From assembly GCA_045837725.1 (NCBI GenBank), contig JBEWZL010000263.1, positions 186,001 through 250,000 of the forward strand: a stretch of DNA of 64,000 nt. The letters are read 5' to 3'. The notes below the pieces were generated by a model that had not been told where the DNA came from, searched no databases, and saw only the letters and a program-made list of their open reading frames with translations. This DNA comes from Vermamoeba vermiformis. Lineage: Eukaryota. Within the stretch, counting starts at the first letter, position 1. Each line of letters opens with the position of its first letter. Of the stretch, positions 62,077-64,000 are shown piece after piece. A program made the position numbers and the translations under genes.

Positions 62077-64000
62077 TTATTGGTGATATTCGCTGTACTG
62101 CCTCGAACTAGCCTTTGACGGCATAGTAGTCTCCATGACGAGTTTTCTGAGCTCTGTCAGCGCTGTATTGAGTTCAACCTCGTTCAAGATGATCGTCTCC
62201 ATTTGCTCGCGGGTGATTTGGCTGAAACAAAGTCTTATTAAGACCAACTCTATTAAAACATAATTGAGATATTACGTACCATAGGGCATAAAGTGAAGTG
62301 ATGCCGTTGCGTTGAAAGTCGTGGTAATAATGTTCCATATTCAGACCTCGAAAGAAGTTCAACATGTCAGCAGGCAAAGTACTTAGCGTGCACGTGATTG
62401 GCTGTAATTGGCGCGGTGTGGGGTCTTGAACGGTAATGTACAAACACAAAATTGTTTTTCGCTCTGAAATTTCACTTTCGTTAGATCTGACTAACACTGT
62501 TATCGTATAATCGCTTACCTAGCATTTTGGGTCCAATACAGAGCAATAAGCCATTATAATGCATCTTTAATGCCTAAATAAGACAGTTAGATCCTGGTCC
62601 AATTAACGCAAGTAGCGGATGTGGCTCACCCAAAACGCTTTGAAGTTCGGGTCCCAAAATGCTTTAGGCAACGAGTGCTTATCGGTGAGCACGGGTGATA
62701 TTAACTGAATGCAGTAGTGTCCTGTCGGCATGGTCTGTGAATCACAAATGCACATTTCACGTGCCATCAACAACTTTGGCAACTCATTGATGTGGCTGCA
62801 AATAAAGGTTAGCACCGACATTACCAAATTAGGCAAGAGACTTACGGGATCGCTTGAATGCGCGGGTCATTGGGTATGAACAGCTCCATGTACTGTTGCT
62901 TGATCGTGCCCAAACCAGGCCACAACAGCCCTCCGTGCCAAGCTGGGGGTGGCTCAATGCGTGTCAGCACGAGTGGTCCGTCAGCAATGTACGGCAACAA
63001 CACTTTTTGCTGCGCTTTGGAGCTGTCACTGGCCTTAGTCTTCTCGGAACTGCTGTGTGATTGGCGCAAGTTGTCGGGAGTTCTGTTCCTTGAAGGCGGG
63101 TACAACTGATTTTGCTCCGAATAATTCACACCCTCACTGCTATTGTTGGTGTTGTTATTCGTATTATTGATGTTGTTATTGTTGAGGGCCTGTGTCGTGT
63201 TAGATACTGGGATCATTTTTCCGTCCGGGCCACTGTAATAATTCCATTGGTAATTGGTGTTATTGTTGTTGTTATTCACGGCGTTGTTTATGCGCGCTGA
63301 AGGGTCCTCTTGACTGTCATTAATCGTGATCACATTTTGTTCCTGGTAGCTCGGCACAGCTGCAGTCTGTTGGTGTTGCACTAACGGTGCCATCGTCTTT
63401 GTGACTTTATCAGGACTGACTCTGAAATATTTATCTAATGGACCTATGATACGCGGTGAGGTGCTGTCATTATCGTTGGTATTGTTACCCTCCGCGATGT
63501 TGTTTGAAAATCCCTCGGGGTTCGGCTGAACATGCTGTCTTGGACTGATTGAGGGCGCAGTATTAGTGCCGGGGATGGCATTATTGTTATTGACTGCATT
63601 AGCTCTCGGCATTGGAGGACTATTCGGGGGCAAGTAGCTCTGCTCATCGAGCTCAAAATTGGTCAGTCCAAACTCGCTCGACCTCGCCAAGTCATTGTCA
63701 GGTCTCGTCTGTTGTTCCTGCCCTTGCTGCTGTTCAATTTGGATGTCTGGCACTGCCTGATGATCCGTGTACTGTTGCGTTAATTGTCCTAAATCATCTG
63801 GTGAGTGTGCTGGCGAGGCATGATCTCGCTCAGGCGAGCGATTACTTTGTTCGTCTTGGCCGTATGGCGCAGCTGACTCTTGTGACGCTTGTGACTGACT
63901 GGCGGCGCTCCAATACGACCAGTATTCGTCCGTGCGATAAATTTGGCGGCGCGAGGGACGAGAGTTGGGTTTCAATCGATTCAACTCGCTTTGATCCGCA
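62077..64000 (-). CDS. Putative regulator (5' end outside window): Q/N/S-rich N-terminus, uncharacterised central domain, C-terminal SAM-like domain
   Basis: ORF 62842-63984 is spliced via introns 62796-62845 and 62574-62629. SAM-like FFRGLNMEHYYHDFQRNGITSLYAL..ITREQM. Simplest stop is at 62077; an alternative last exon would end at 61938. Confidence 0.7.

Noticed and set aside
62784-62815. Apparent shared ICS peptide between the two shared-domain genes
   Set aside because: It arises from translating the 3' splice site (TGCAG) in both genes and was excluded from the homology evidence.
63140-63290. AAT/AAC trinucleotide runs
   Set aside because: Ordinary Asn-rich low-complexity coding sequence.
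1-64000. CRISPR array, rRNA, operons or prophage
   Set aside because: No regularly spaced repeats, rRNA motifs or viral hallmark genes were seen; the window is spliceosomal-intron-rich eukaryotic DNA.

Overview
Gene-dense, intron-rich nuclear DNA of a microbial eukaryote. It uses the standard code and has many short GT-AG introns with CTAAC/CTGAC branch points; gene content looks protist/amoebozoan-like, but the taxon is inference only. About 22 protein genes can be reconstructed by hand-splicing the ORF track: an RRM/KH-like protein with a degenerate HECT, three F-box/LRR genes, an HPP transporter, an acyltransferase, FKBP-TPR-TM, a receptor-like RasGAP, Rab, ARM-MYND, a GPI surface protein, a divergent EF-2, a small CxxCxGxG-CaaX protein, WRAP73-like WD40, RasGEF, TPP1-like peptidase, F-box-SNF2, sialate O-acetylesterase, GCPII-like peptidase, an atypical Ras, a HIG1 protein, a 3-hydroxyisobutyrate dehydrogenase-like enzyme and a bacterial-looking secreted protein. 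There are also tRNA-Lys(CTT), tRNA-Glu(TTC) and a 5'-truncated tRNA-Glu copy. Highlights: (1) an exact 54-bp, codon-aligned piece of the GCPII active-site exon recurs inverted 8.1 kb away at the 3' end of an unrelated gene; (2) two genes 57 kb apart share an unrecognised ~130-aa domain and two intron positions, possibly a new transcription-factor family; (3) a probable 5'-truncated non-LTR retroelement sits directly upstream of tRNA-Glu. Exon boundaries are manual and approximate, and no database searches were run.
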